DNA from: Promethearchaeota archaeon
GTDB taxonomy: Archaea > Asgardarchaeota > Lokiarchaeia > Sigyniarchaeales > SOKP01
Assembly (NCBI GenBank): GCA_019057795.1
Contig: JAHLWS010000029.1
Coordinates: 1 to 17,055, forward strand
Length of the DNA stretch: 17,055 bases
Direction: 5' to 3'
This document shows positions 1-9,250 of the stretch, piece after piece. Numbering within the stretch: the first letter of the stretch is position 1; each line of letters opens with the position of its first letter. Below the pieces are notes generated by a model. The model made no database searches. It was not told the DNA's origin and saw nothing but the letters and a program-made list of their open reading frames with translations. Made by a program: the position numbers and the translations under genes.

Positions 1-156
1 AGTATTGGTATGAGTATTGCAATGAAGTATAAGGTTGAAAAGCTGTATTATCTTCAATTGTGGGGTCGAGAATATCAAAATCAACCATATATTAAGATTC
101 CTTTAACAAATCAGAAATTAATAAACATTATGGAGTTAACATTAAAACATGGATAG
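1..156 (+). CDS. 3' fragment of a probable stand-alone CARF-domain protein (5' end outside window)
   Basis: Frame 1 is open from base 1: SIGMSIAMKYKVEKLYYLQLWGREYQNQPYIKIPLTNQKLINIMELTLKHG*, TAG at 154-156, overlapping the ATG of the PIN gene by 8 nt. Small-residue helix followed by 'LYYL' strand and 'PYxxIP' resembles the C-terminal end of archaeal CARF proteins; the diagnostic DxTxGxK motif would lie upstream of the window. Confidence 0.55.
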   Translation, partial: SIGMSIAMKYKVEKLYYLQLWGREYQNQPYIKIPLTNQKLINIMELTLKHG

Positions 157-1213
157 TAAAATTTCAGAGTTTATTTTGAAGCTAGAAGAATTACCAATTT
201 TTTTAAATGTTCTATATTTAAAAGCTAACGAATGGTTTTATATTTACCCATATTTAATAGAGGAGAACACTTTCAGTGTCACTTTAGAAAAGAAAGTAAC
301 AATAACTCGGCTAATAAACAAACTTAGATATCAAGATATAATAACCGAAAAACAATTATCAGATTTTCCAAATATTGTGCCAAAATTTGAAGTTTTACGA
401 GGAATCTTAATTGCCTCTGGTTTCTTGAAGATGAAGAACTGGTCAACTATTCTGGAAGAATTAGGAAAAATTAAAAAAACCAATCCATTGAAAGGAGAAC
501 GACAGACTTTCATAGGGTTGGATACTAATTGTTTCATAGATAGAATTTATTCTGTATTAGAACATTCCTATAAAAAAGATATTTCAGATTTTTATTTCGT
601 ATTATCAAGAATAATTAGAAATGAATTAATGTCAATGAAAACCATATCTGGCAACCAATTAAACGATCTTAGAGATAGATATACGGAAAATCATGAGATT
701 ATTCAAGAATTTTGGAACGGAGACACTCTTTATACGCGAACTCGTCATCTTGGTTTAGTAGAATGTAATAAATTTAGAAAACAATCTAAATATTTAATTA
801 ATGATGGTCTAGACATAAATAAATCAAGAGAAATGGATTATCAAATAATTGAGGATTTTAGAAACCAAATATTAAAGCAAGGATATAATTTGCTCCTCTT
901 AAGTTCTGATAAGCAATTTGCTGACCAAGCACGACAACCAGGTATTAATAGCATATATCTTGAAAGGTTACCGCTGAAAGATATGCCAAGGCAATTCTCT
1001 GGAACTTGGCCCATGTTATGTGATTTTCTTTATCTTAATAGCGTATATTTTGGAGCAATACATCTTATTTGCAATAAACATAAAATAAAAATGTTTGGAA
1101 TATGGAGGGGCAAACAAGCAACAGAATGGGACTCTGAATCGGTTAAAATTTGGGTAGGAAGCGAAGATCTCTCAAATTTACTCGACCAACAACTAACTCT
1201 TGTAAGGACATGA
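149..1213 (+). CDS. PIN-domain ribonuclease with N- and C-terminal extensions, candidate type III effector
   Basis: 354 aa; PIN acidic motifs IGLDTNCF, SRIIRNEL, MDYQII, LLSSDKQFADQARQPGINSIYL; translationally coupled to the upstream CARF-like gene. Confidence 0.8.
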   Translation: MDSKISEFILKLEELPIFLNVLYLKANEWFYIYPYLIEENTFSVTLEKKVTITRLINKLRYQDIITEKQLSDFPNIVPKFEVLRGILIASGFLKMKNWSTILEELGKIKKTNPLKGERQTFIGLDTNCFIDRIYSVLEHSYKKDISDFYFVLSRIIRNELMSMKTISGNQLNDLRDRYTENHEIIQEFWNGDTLYTRTRHLGLVECNKFRKQSKYLINDGLDINKSREMDYQIIEDFRNQILKQGYNLLLLSSDKQFADQARQPGINSIYLERLPLKDMPRQFSGTWPMLCDFLYLNSVYFGAIHLICNKHKIKMFGIWRGKQATEWDSESVKIWVGSEDLSNLLDQQLTLVRT

Positions 1214-1318
1214 ATAAGCATCTATCGTTTGATGTTAGCATGAAAGTCTTTTTTTATCATTTGCGACTAGTACGTTGCGCTTTTATGCTTGAATAAAATA
1301 ATGAGATAAGAAAATCAT

Positions 1319-2206
1319 CTAATTTTCAATCTTATTTTTAAAATTTTTTAAATAATTGTTAGGGACGTTAGCCTCGCCCATTTCTATATTTTTATTTTTC
1401 CCATGGTAATCAGAACCACCTGATCTGATCAAATTGTAATCATCAGCTAATTTTCTATAATATTGAGGAAAATAATCTTGCGCCCATTCTGCCTTGCCTG
1501 TATTAACAAACGGTCTATTCTTGGCATAAGTATATTCAATTTCAATTCCTTTTATTCCAGCCGCAACGCAAAATGTTACGAATTTTCGCCTATTAGAGAC
1601 ATTATATATTCCTGGATGCGCGATTATTGGAATTCCCCCAGAAGTCTCTATTAATTCAATGGCATTTTCAAAACTTAGCCTAAATTCACGAAAAACATAA
1701 GCTTCTCCTCCAAGCCCAATCATTTTAAATAAATCATCTTTTGATTTTTCTTTCAGAATATCTGGGTTGTTTTTTGTTAAAACTTTAACTATATGGGGGC
1801 GTCCTATCGAATTATTTCCTGCTACAACTTTTACTTCTTCAAATGTTATTTTATATCCAAATTCTTCTCTTAATCGTTTACAGATCAACTTTTTTTGTTC
1901 GATTCTTCCTTCTATTTGTTTTTTAAGAATATTACTTAAATGTAATGAGGTGTAATCTAAATTTAAACCGAGTATGTGCACATCTTCTATTTCTCTCTTA
2001 GGTTCATGTTTAATAGATATTTCAATTCCAGGAATAAGCGTGATATCCTTCCCATCACCATAGGATAAAAATTCTTTTATACCATTAATGGTATCATGGT
2101 CCGTTAATGCAATTGCTTTTAATTTAAGTGCTAAGGCGAGATCAATTAACTCCGAAGGTGAATCAGAACCATCGGAATAGGTTGAATGTAAATGGAGATC
2201 AATCAT
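1319..2206 (-). CDS. PHP-domain phosphoesterase (YciV/TrpH-like)
   Basis: Motifs DLHLHSTYSDG, LTDHDT, GIEIS, HILG, GRPHI, AHP, GGSDYHG. Likely start is the ATG at 2206 (MIDLHLH); the ORF track extends it to a TTG at 2224. Confidence 0.92.
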   Translation of the reverse strand: MIDLHLHSTYSDGSDSPSELIDLALALKLKAIALTDHDTINGIKEFLSYGDGKDITLIPGIEISIKHEPKREIEDVHILGLNLDYTSLHLSNILKKQIEGRIEQKKLICKRLREEFGYKITFEEVKVVAGNNSIGRPHIVKVLTKNNPDILKEKSKDDLFKMIGLGGEAYVFREFRLSFENAIELIETSGGIPIIAHPGIYNVSNRRKFVTFCVAAGIKGIEIEYTYAKNRPFVNTGKAEWAQDYFPQYYRKLADDYNLIRSGGSDYHGKNKNIEMGEANVPNNYLKNFKNKIEN

Positions 2207-2224
2207 GATAATTTCACAACTCAA

Positions 2225-3052
2225 TTATTTAATAGAAATTATGGAGTTATATCCAAATCCTAAAGATGTGCGAACTCCAATACCCGTAAATTCTGATAAG
2301 TAAACAAGTTTCCACATTAGAGTTCTCTCAAACGAGTTCCCTACAATTTTAAATGTGATATTTCCTACTTGGCCTTCTAAAGTAATGACTTTATTTTTAT
2401 CAATCGTGTTTGATATATAACCTCGTCTTTTCTGAGTGTAGTCTTGAACGATTCTTAGATATGGATATAGTTCTTCTGCTTCCAAGTTTACTATCCCGAG
2501 TTGTTTAAACTTTTCACATTGGTAATTGAGAAATGTTTCGGCAGTAAATTTATCAAGAGTTCTTTTTCTGGCATTATAAAAAAATGTTGGCGTTTCTAAT
2601 TTTACTGTAATTGTATCAATAGATTGAGGGACTTTATTTAAATTTCCGTGTTCAAATTCCACCCTTTCAATTATGAGTTTTAAACTGCCAATTTCGAGAG
2701 ATTCTTTTTCATTCACATATATTTTTATAAGCTCATGAATGTCGGAGTCAATAGTTTTAATATTGATATATCCCCTTTGGCCTCGCCTAATATGTGTAAA
2801 ACCCCTTCTCTCGGATTCTGGCTGTTTAAAATAAAATCTTAAATAAGAAAATGACCATGGTTTAACAAGTGTCGATTTATGATATTGATACATAATTTTT
2901 GGGTTTACTTGTGATAGGAGATTATAGAACGTTCCTTGTACTTTTGAATGATTCGTTAAAGGAATATCTGCATCATTTTGTGTAATAAGAATGAGTTTGC
3001 AGTTAACTGGTGTTATTTTTTTTCTAAGCTTTGTTCTTGTTTCATAATCCAA
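2225..3052 (-). CDS. cas6: CRISPR pre-crRNA endoribonuclease Cas6
   Basis: C-terminal G-rich loop FTGIGVRTSLGFG, PWSFSYL motif and LETPTFF strand; located at the end of the cas operon. Confidence 0.92.
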   Translation of the reverse strand: MDYETRTKLRKKITPVNCKLILITQNDADIPLTNHSKVQGTFYNLLSQVNPKIMYQYHKSTLVKPWSFSYLRFYFKQPESERRGFTHIRRGQRGYINIKTIDSDIHELIKIYVNEKESLEIGSLKLIIERVEFEHGNLNKVPQSIDTITVKLETPTFFYNARKRTLDKFTAETFLNYQCEKFKQLGIVNLEAEELYPYLRIVQDYTQKRRGYISNTIDKNKVITLEGQVGNITFKIVGNSFERTLMWKLVYLSEFTGIGVRTSLGFGYNSIISIK

Positions 3053-3145
3053 TTTTTCATCACTCTATAATTATTATTTTTTTTGAATAAAAGTACGAAT
3101 TTTTTTACCTTTCATATTTCATTTTTTTCATGAACTAACAAATAT

Positions 3146-3961
3146 TCAATTATATTCAAAATTCAGTAAACCCCTTGTTAAGAGCGAACTAAAAAGTTGA
3201 ATCTCTTGTACATCCTTAGCTGTATATTTAAATTTAATTTTATTATTCATAAAATCAATAGTTAAAGAATTGGAATTAAAAATTTTTTCTTTAAAGATCA
3301 GTTCTGAATCTATATTAGTATCTTGTAATATGAATTTATAATTCTCAAATAAATTATTTGGATTAAAAATAAAATCAAAAGTTGTAGGTTTTATTAAGAC
3401 TGGGTTTTTTTCTAAATTTAATTTTGATGTGAATTTTGGAAACGTCTTATAATTAAATAAGGGATGAAACAAGTATAAAGTATACTTTAATTCCTTATTT
3501 TGAATGGTATCTATAAAATCTTTCTCATTAAAGTCAATAATTGAATTAAAATAATTTTGCCATAGAAAATTATTATGTGAAAGTATCTTCATTTGAGTAT
3601 TTGAGTAAGGTGTCTCAAAATGAAATCCTTTTATTTTTAAATTAAAAACATTTGATTCTAGTATGGATTGGATAATATTTTGGAGAAGTATTAATTTTGG
3701 AACCAATTCCACAGCGTCATTATATAGAACCCATAAGAAATGGATAAGTTTGAATCGTTTTGAGACAGAATAATAAGCTTTGATATTTTGCTGTAATATT
3801 GAACTAATTAAGCTACACGCAGAACCCTCTTTTACACATCTTAAACACGACTTAAAATTTGGGCATAAATTAATTGTTTTTAGCGAAGTTTCAAACTCTT
3901 TATTTAAAACCCTTAATATATGCTCAAGAAAATATTGATTAATGCTTTTCTCTTCAGTCAA
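3146..3961 (-). CDS. Uncharacterised protein with N-terminal C-x5-C-x2-C-x6-C cluster; possible degenerate Zn-finger Cas6-like RAMP
   Basis: 271 aa, in the operon orientation. ILRVLNKEFETSLKTINLCPNFKSCLRCVKEGSAC, FLWVLYNDAVELVPKLI and TLYLFHPL recall Zn-finger (DUF2276-type) Cas6 segments, but there is no G-rich loop. The ORF is likely real; the family call is tentative. Confidence 0.45.
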   Translation of the reverse strand: MTEEKSINQYFLEHILRVLNKEFETSLKTINLCPNFKSCLRCVKEGSACSLISSILQQNIKAYYSVSKRFKLIHFLWVLYNDAVELVPKLILLQNIIQSILESNVFNLKIKGFHFETPYSNTQMKILSHNNFLWQNYFNSIIDFNEKDFIDTIQNKELKYTLYLFHPLFNYKTFPKFTSKLNLEKNPVLIKPTTFDFIFNPNNLFENYKFILQDTNIDSELIFKEKIFNSNSLTIDFMNNKIKFKYTAKDVQEIQLFSSLLTRGLLNFEYN

Positions 3962-4040
3962 TATTTCATATGAGGTAATAAATTTTAAGAATTTTATTTA
4001 AACTCTCCTCAAAATTAAATATTATGATTAAAAAATATTT

Positions 4041-4817
4041 CTAGTTCAGCTTAAAATAATCCGTATAATTTTTAGCTTCCACATCATCAGGAAACAGAAA
4101 ATCTTCTTTAGATTTTAATTCTTTAACTGTGGTCTTCTCTAATACGAACCTACCCATTCCAGTAGACTTTTTGCCACCAAAAGAAACAAATCCTAAATTA
4201 ATCATGTGAAAAAGCGCTTGTAGTAATTCAAATTCTTTTTGTTTGGTCTCTTGTGTGATGTTATTTATAATTATTTTAAATTCGAATTTTACTCCTGGTT
4301 GTAGAGTCTCTATAAAAAATAATGACCCATCCCGAGAAACTTGCTTCTCTCGATCGATCGCTATCCCGGGCTTTAAACCCGAATGCAATTCTTTGATTGT
4401 ATCTTCTACTGGAAAAGCATCAGAAATTATTATATGAGATGCCAAATCATTCCCTCCGAAAATACTACATACTACACAAGGGTCTTTAAACACTTTTTTT
4501 TCTTGTTCTACTGTGCAATATTTCTTTGGATATTCTTCACATATGTACTCTTTTTTGCTTTGTTTATTACCTAAGGATTTAGCAAATGCTTCTACTGCTG
4601 AACGAAAATTTCCTTTTATAGTGCTACTAGGAATATACGGTAAATTTAATGAGGTTCGTAAAATGGCGCTTTCAGGTGAAAAATTAATGTCACTGCCCCC
4701 AATTCCAATATGCATTTGTGTTGTTAATTTAATAACACCTTCAATAATTATTCGGTTCTTAATAATTGCCAAATCAGCACTTGACACATCTTCAATTGAT
4801 TTGTATGTTTTACTCAT
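4041..4817 (-). CDS. cas7: Type III-D Cas7-group RAMP (Csm3/Csx7 family)
   Basis: MHIGIG, PYIPSSTIKGNFRS, CVVCSIFG, ISDA, GIAIDRE, GGKKSTGMG motifs; ATGA overlap with the csx10 stop. Confidence 0.92.
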   Translation of the reverse strand: MSKTYKSIEDVSSADLAIIKNRIIIEGVIKLTTQMHIGIGGSDINFSPESAILRTSLNLPYIPSSTIKGNFRSAVEAFAKSLGNKQSKKEYICEEYPKKYCTVEQEKKVFKDPCVVCSIFGGNDLASHIIISDAFPVEDTIKELHSGLKPGIAIDREKQVSRDGSLFFIETLQPGVKFEFKIIINNITQETKQKEFELLQALFHMINLGFVSFGGKKSTGMGRFVLEKTTVKELKSKEDFLFPDDVEAKNYTDYFKLN

Positions 4818-6028
4818 ATTTTTTTTATCTCCTCCGACATTGGAAAATAAATTAAATTATATCCTAACTCTGAATAGTGGTTTAATCCGACAAATTCCAT
4901 ATAAGCAAGGGCTTCAATTATAGTTTCGTCTAAATCTTGATTAATTTTAAATTTATATAAGGATCCTGGGACTGCAGCTGTTATATGTGGTTTTGGTTGT
5001 TGAGTTTTATAGCTCCATCCTCCAAGTAGTTCTACATCTCCTAACGATTCTTTTAATTGAAATCTATTTTCTAAATTTGAAAGTTTAAGATTCATTTTAG
5101 TATTGACATAGTTTAACGCAGAATTTAAATCGATTTCAGGATTTGATATGATATTTTCATTGAGTTTTTCTAAGGCAAAAATATGGGTTTTTGCAGCAAG
5201 AACAAGTGAGTTCAGTTGACTCATCTCATTTAGCGTTTTTTTATTTTTTTTTATTTTTTCATGAATATCAAGCGGTTTTAAATCTATTCGTACTTTTCCA
5301 AATCCTCGAGATTTAGCTCTCCCTAATCGCAGGAAATTAATATTATTTAAATTATTAAGAACAGGATCATTACGTTCGAATACCAGATAACTCTCAAAAA
5401 TTGAACCTCGTTGTATATACCTATAATTAAATAAATATCCGGTAAGACTACTGTTTTTTGCATAATTAATACTTGTAGAAGTTGTTAACCCTATTTCAGG
5501 ATTCTTTTTCATATAATTGCATGATTTGCAATAATTTCCTCCGACAAGATCCATTGTGGTTTTTCGCTTGCATACTGGATTTTGACAGGTAGCTCGTATA
5601 TAAGGTTCTTCTTCAATTAACCACTCTTTAAGGTAATTAACACATTTTTTATCAGATTCACATCTTTTACATTGTTTAATTAAAGGATGGGTTGGTACTA
5701 AATCAGGATTTTGGCATTCTTTTTCATCTCCTTCATTATTTTCATCTTTCAGAAAAAGCCCGTTAGAAAGAGTAAATACATTTTGATAAAAGAATTGATA
5801 AAATTGACACTCTTCTTTTTTAACACATATTTCACAGTGCCCCCATAGTTCGCTTGTATCTTCAATTTGACATAACTTTGGTAATAATTCTGTTGCAATT
5901 CCTCCCCTTAATGTGATAGAGGGTATATAATCTAAAGTTTTATATAAATTATGATCTGGTGCGGTAAAACCTACTAATAATGGTGCTTCGAGAATAATTT
6001 TTACTCTAAAAAAGTTTAACTCAGTCAT
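4814..6028 (-). CDS. csx10: Type III-D Cas5-group RAMP (Csx10-like), cysteine-rich
   Basis: LEAPLLVG, LDYIPSITLRGGIA, LGRAKSRGFG, GGWS..PKP..AAVPGSLY, SELGYN: the two-RRM Csx10 pattern. Confidence 0.82.
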   Translation of the reverse strand: MTELNFFRVKIILEAPLLVGFTAPDHNLYKTLDYIPSITLRGGIATELLPKLCQIEDTSELWGHCEICVKKEECQFYQFFYQNVFTLSNGLFLKDENNEGDEKECQNPDLVPTHPLIKQCKRCESDKKCVNYLKEWLIEEEPYIRATCQNPVCKRKTTMDLVGGNYCKSCNYMKKNPEIGLTTSTSINYAKNSSLTGYLFNYRYIQRGSIFESYLVFERNDPVLNNLNNINFLRLGRAKSRGFGKVRIDLKPLDIHEKIKKNKKTLNEMSQLNSLVLAAKTHIFALEKLNENIISNPEIDLNSALNYVNTKMNLKLSNLENRFQLKESLGDVELLGGWSYKTQQPKPHITAAVPGSLYKFKINQDLDETIIEALAYMEFVGLNHYSELGYNLIYFPMSEEIKKI

Positions 6029-6662
6029 TAAATCCCATCTTTTTTAATAATTTTAATATTATATCATTATCTTGGGAAAACCCTTCAACTTTATTTATTT
6101 CAATGTCAATTAGCCCATTACCATTTCCAAAACTGCAAAATTTTAAATTATTTAAGGCAAAAATGATCAATAACTCTTCATTCTGAGCTAATTTTTTAGC
6201 TTCAAAGAAGGATTTAAATGAGATATTAGGAGGGATCTGTTCTTTGATAAACAAGCTCCCTCTTTTTGCCTTTCCCGAATCTCTTTCGATACTTGTTTGA
6301 GTAAAATACTGCAAATCAATACGACCCTCAGAAGTAGGAAAAAAATCTTCACAAAATATTTTTGATGGTTTATTATTGGCACCAAAAACTTTACATATTA
6401 TACAACCCTTACAAGAACTTAATTTATCAGTATGTACAGATTTACAGTAGTGCTCATCACCTACGATAAAGTGTGCGATTTGAACAGCACTTGATCGTAA
6501 TAAACCTTTAAAAGTAGTTGCAGGAATGCAAATCCTTTCTTTGCGATTAAATTTACGTCTTAATTGAATAATATCTGCAGACTGGAGAAATTGATTCTTA
6601 CCAGCACCAATTGTTAAATGGGTTTTTGAAATTAAGTTAAGATTCATCTTTAAATTTATCAT
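6021..6662 (-). CDS. cas7: Short Cas7-group RAMP
   Basis: LTIGAG, IPATTFKGLLRS, CIICKVFG, SIERDSGKAKRGSLFIKE, FGNGNG; ATGA overlap with the cas10 stop. Confidence 0.88.
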   Translation of the reverse strand: MINLKMNLNLISKTHLTIGAGKNQFLQSADIIQLRRKFNRKERICIPATTFKGLLRSSAVQIAHFIVGDEHYCKSVHTDKLSSCKGCIICKVFGANNKPSKIFCEDFFPTSEGRIDLQYFTQTSIERDSGKAKRGSLFIKEQIPPNISFKSFFEAKKLAQNEELLIIFALNNLKFCSFGNGNGLIDIEINKVEGFSQDNDIILKLLKKMGFND

Positions 6663-9223
6663 AATAAGCCTCCTGATAAGAATTTTAATAATTCTAAAGA
6701 ATCAAAAAGTAAGAAATCCTCTTTCTTCCCCTCTAGAAAGGAACTACCAATTAAATTGAAAAGCTTAATATAGGATGTTTTTCCTAATAATTCTTTTTGC
6801 CTTCCTGTTTGGTATAACACAAATGAAAGAGCCATCTGCTTTTCCTTGGCAAAATTTTTCGGATTAAATGAGAAAAATGCAGAAACTCGTTTACTTCTAT
6901 TTCTTAAATCTTTTAAAACAGATGGTTTGGAATCATTTTTGTCGTAAACTAACTTAATCTCCTCATTTACAAAATGATACAAGCTATCATAATTCTCCTC
7001 TAAAGTGAATTTTAACTGGTAGTCTTTTCCAATAATGTTGTTTATTACATATTGAATATCTTCTACCTCTTGAATACTTATTCCATTTTGTACGCTAATT
7101 TTAAACGGGCGTCTTGAAAAAACTCTCCTTGGATCTTTAGAATCTTTATCTTTTTTTACAAAATTGGGAACAGTTAACCCAGAAGAAAAACTTTGAAAAT
7201 CGATAACTCCCATTTCGTTATCTTCGCATAGTCTCCCCTCCTTTTTCGCATTCTTTAATAACAATCTTGATGTAGTTATTGCTGACCAGATTGGAAATTT
7301 ATTGGGACAGAGAAAAATTCCGGTAGATAAGGTACATTTTGTTCCCATTTTTTTATAAAATTCCTTGGTTAAGGTGAGTGCGACAGGAATTGCTAAATAT
7401 GCGGGGAGTAGTAATAAGATGTCATCTCCTCCAGAATAAATTTTTCCGATATCAAAACGCGCATAATCAAATTCATGATTATAAATGCTTTTAATCTTAT
7501 TTTCTCCTATAATTGTCTCAAGGATTTCTCTAACTGAATTGGAGATTCTAGTTATTCGAGAATATAAATCTGAAAGGGAGATTGATTTAGCGATAAATTC
7601 AGCCATTAAATTTCCATCTGCATTTAATATTGCTAATTTGTGAGGTTTGGGTACGTTTTCCTTTGAAATATCCTCTAATCGGACTCCGGAAATAAATTCC
7701 ATAAGATTTTGAGAGATATCTTTATAAATATTTTTCCAAATACCTTCTTGAAGACTTAATTTACGAACATCAGGATCTGGTAATTTAAATTTGTATAAAC
7801 ATGGTTTACAATAATATTTTAACTCCGTATCAGAAAAGGGTATTATTTCTGTTGCGATTTTACTTCCACAAGAATCACATAACCTAGAACTTCCGAAGAG
7901 CACATTTTTTTTTTCTTTTTTACTTAAATCGTTCTTTTTTGCCCCTATTTTAATCGCTAGTTTTGAATATAAATCTCCAAACGAATCCTCAAATTTTTGT
8001 TCTTTTTCGTCCACCTCATCAAAGAAATAAATATAATCTGTGGTCATCCATAGTCCTTCGTGCATAGCTTCGTAGAATATTGATTCAATAATACTTGCGA
8101 TTTCTTGAACTTGGGATCCTGGACAAAACAAAATAATATTTCCTCCACTACTGTAGATTATTTGTTCAGGATATAACCTCTTATCTTTGATTAGTTTAGT
8201 AACTAACACGTTAGAAAGGACATGGTCGAGAAGTTTACTTGCATTTCTTAATTCTTCTAACTTATGAACATGGTCCGTATATTCATGTATGTGTCTAACA
8301 TCTCCACGTAGTAAGGCGATAGTTCCATTTTTCTTATAATTTAATTTTACGGGTGGTTGATTTAATAACGCTTTCTCATAACCGCTTACAAATTGTTGGG
8401 TTAGTCTTTTAATCTCGTGCTCGTTAGTTTCCCAGAAATCATTGTTATCAAAATTTTCAATTATATTTTTTTCATTAGACAAAATATTTTTAGTTAGTTT
8501 CAAAAGTTGCTCTGAGGCTAACGATAATCTGCTTCCAAACCTTACGTAACGCGAAAGATTAGAAGAATTGTCATCTTGAATTCCTCTAATTACATCAATT
8601 ATTGTATTAAAAATCTCTTCAGAAAATAAGTTAGTAAAGTGTTTTTCAAATAATTCAATACTGTGATCAATTGAATTAAAGCGGGATAAAGGTTTTCCTA
8701 TTGCGTGGAAAAATGAACTAGTCCTTACGCATTGCATTTGAAGTTCAGAAATGTTTTCTGAGTCTTTTTTTTGCTTCGCTATACATACAGCTAATGCTGA
8801 AGTTGCAATTAGATGGATTAATAAAGACGAGGTATTTAATCCTGGACGATCATCAGCTGGAAATGTATTATAAAATTTTTCAGATAGCGTAAAAAATGTC
8901 TCACATTCTGATTTAATGCTCTCGGAAAAATTGTTAAAATTGGTCTCTAACCAATTAATTACCATTTCATTCCAATATTGTGATAATCCTCCAAATGTAA
9001 GCAGCACGAATAAGTCGTTAGCTTTCTCTAACTGGTTTACATTTTTAATTCCACCTTCGAAGAACAAGAGGAAAATCCTATTTAAAATACTTAAATATTC
9101 ATCCACAAAACCTATATCATTAGTAATATCTCTAACATCTTCAAACTTACCGATATTGGCTTCTTCATAATAATTTGGAATTAAAAAGCCACGAATATAG
9201 CTTTTTCTTGGTTTGTTATTCAA
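6659..9223 (-). CDS. cas10: Cas10 (type III-D) with intact GGDD Palm2 and degenerate HD domain
   Basis: PADDRPGLNTSSLLIHL (Sulfolobales III-D-like), Palm1 GDVRHIHEY and YSSGGNI, Zn finger CDSC/CKPC, ADGNLM, and YSGGDD (GGDD at 7421-7432). The HD motif reads FFHAIGKP. Confidence 0.96.
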   Translation of the reverse strand: MNNKPRKSYIRGFLIPNYYEEANIGKFEDVRDITNDIGFVDEYLSILNRIFLLFFEGGIKNVNQLEKANDLFVLLTFGGLSQYWNEMVINWLETNFNNFSESIKSECETFFTLSEKFYNTFPADDRPGLNTSSLLIHLIATSALAVCIAKQKKDSENISELQMQCVRTSSFFHAIGKPLSRFNSIDHSIELFEKHFTNLFSEEIFNTIIDVIRGIQDDNSSNLSRYVRFGSRLSLASEQLLKLTKNILSNEKNIIENFDNNDFWETNEHEIKRLTQQFVSGYEKALLNQPPVKLNYKKNGTIALLRGDVRHIHEYTDHVHKLEELRNASKLLDHVLSNVLVTKLIKDKRLYPEQIIYSSGGNIILFCPGSQVQEIASIIESIFYEAMHEGLWMTTDYIYFFDEVDEKEQKFEDSFGDLYSKLAIKIGAKKNDLSKKEKKNVLFGSSRLCDSCGSKIATEIIPFSDTELKYYCKPCLYKFKLPDPDVRKLSLQEGIWKNIYKDISQNLMEFISGVRLEDISKENVPKPHKLAILNADGNLMAEFIAKSISLSDLYSRITRISNSVREILETIIGENKIKSIYNHEFDYARFDIGKIYSGGDDILLLLPAYLAIPVALTLTKEFYKKMGTKCTLSTGIFLCPNKFPIWSAITTSRLLLKNAKKEGRLCEDNEMGVIDFQSFSSGLTVPNFVKKDKDSKDPRRVFSRRPFKISVQNGISIQEVEDIQYVINNIIGKDYQLKFTLEENYDSLYHFVNEEIKLVYDKNDSKPSVLKDLRNRSKRVSAFFSFNPKNFAKEKQMALSFVLYQTGRQKELLGKTSYIKLFNLIGSSFLEGKKEDFLLFDSLELLKFLSGGLL

Positions 9224-9250
9224 AAATTTTCAACTCTAAATGCGATTGGT

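Noticed and set aside
331-1955. Short opposite-strand ORFs 331-537, 1030-1221, 1463-1654, 1767-1955
   Set aside because: Antisense shadows of the PIN and PHP genes with no motifs.
3119-3133. TCA...TGA palindrome upstream of cas6
   Set aside because: Spacer is 9 nt and the outer C/G pair is missing; does not match the operator.
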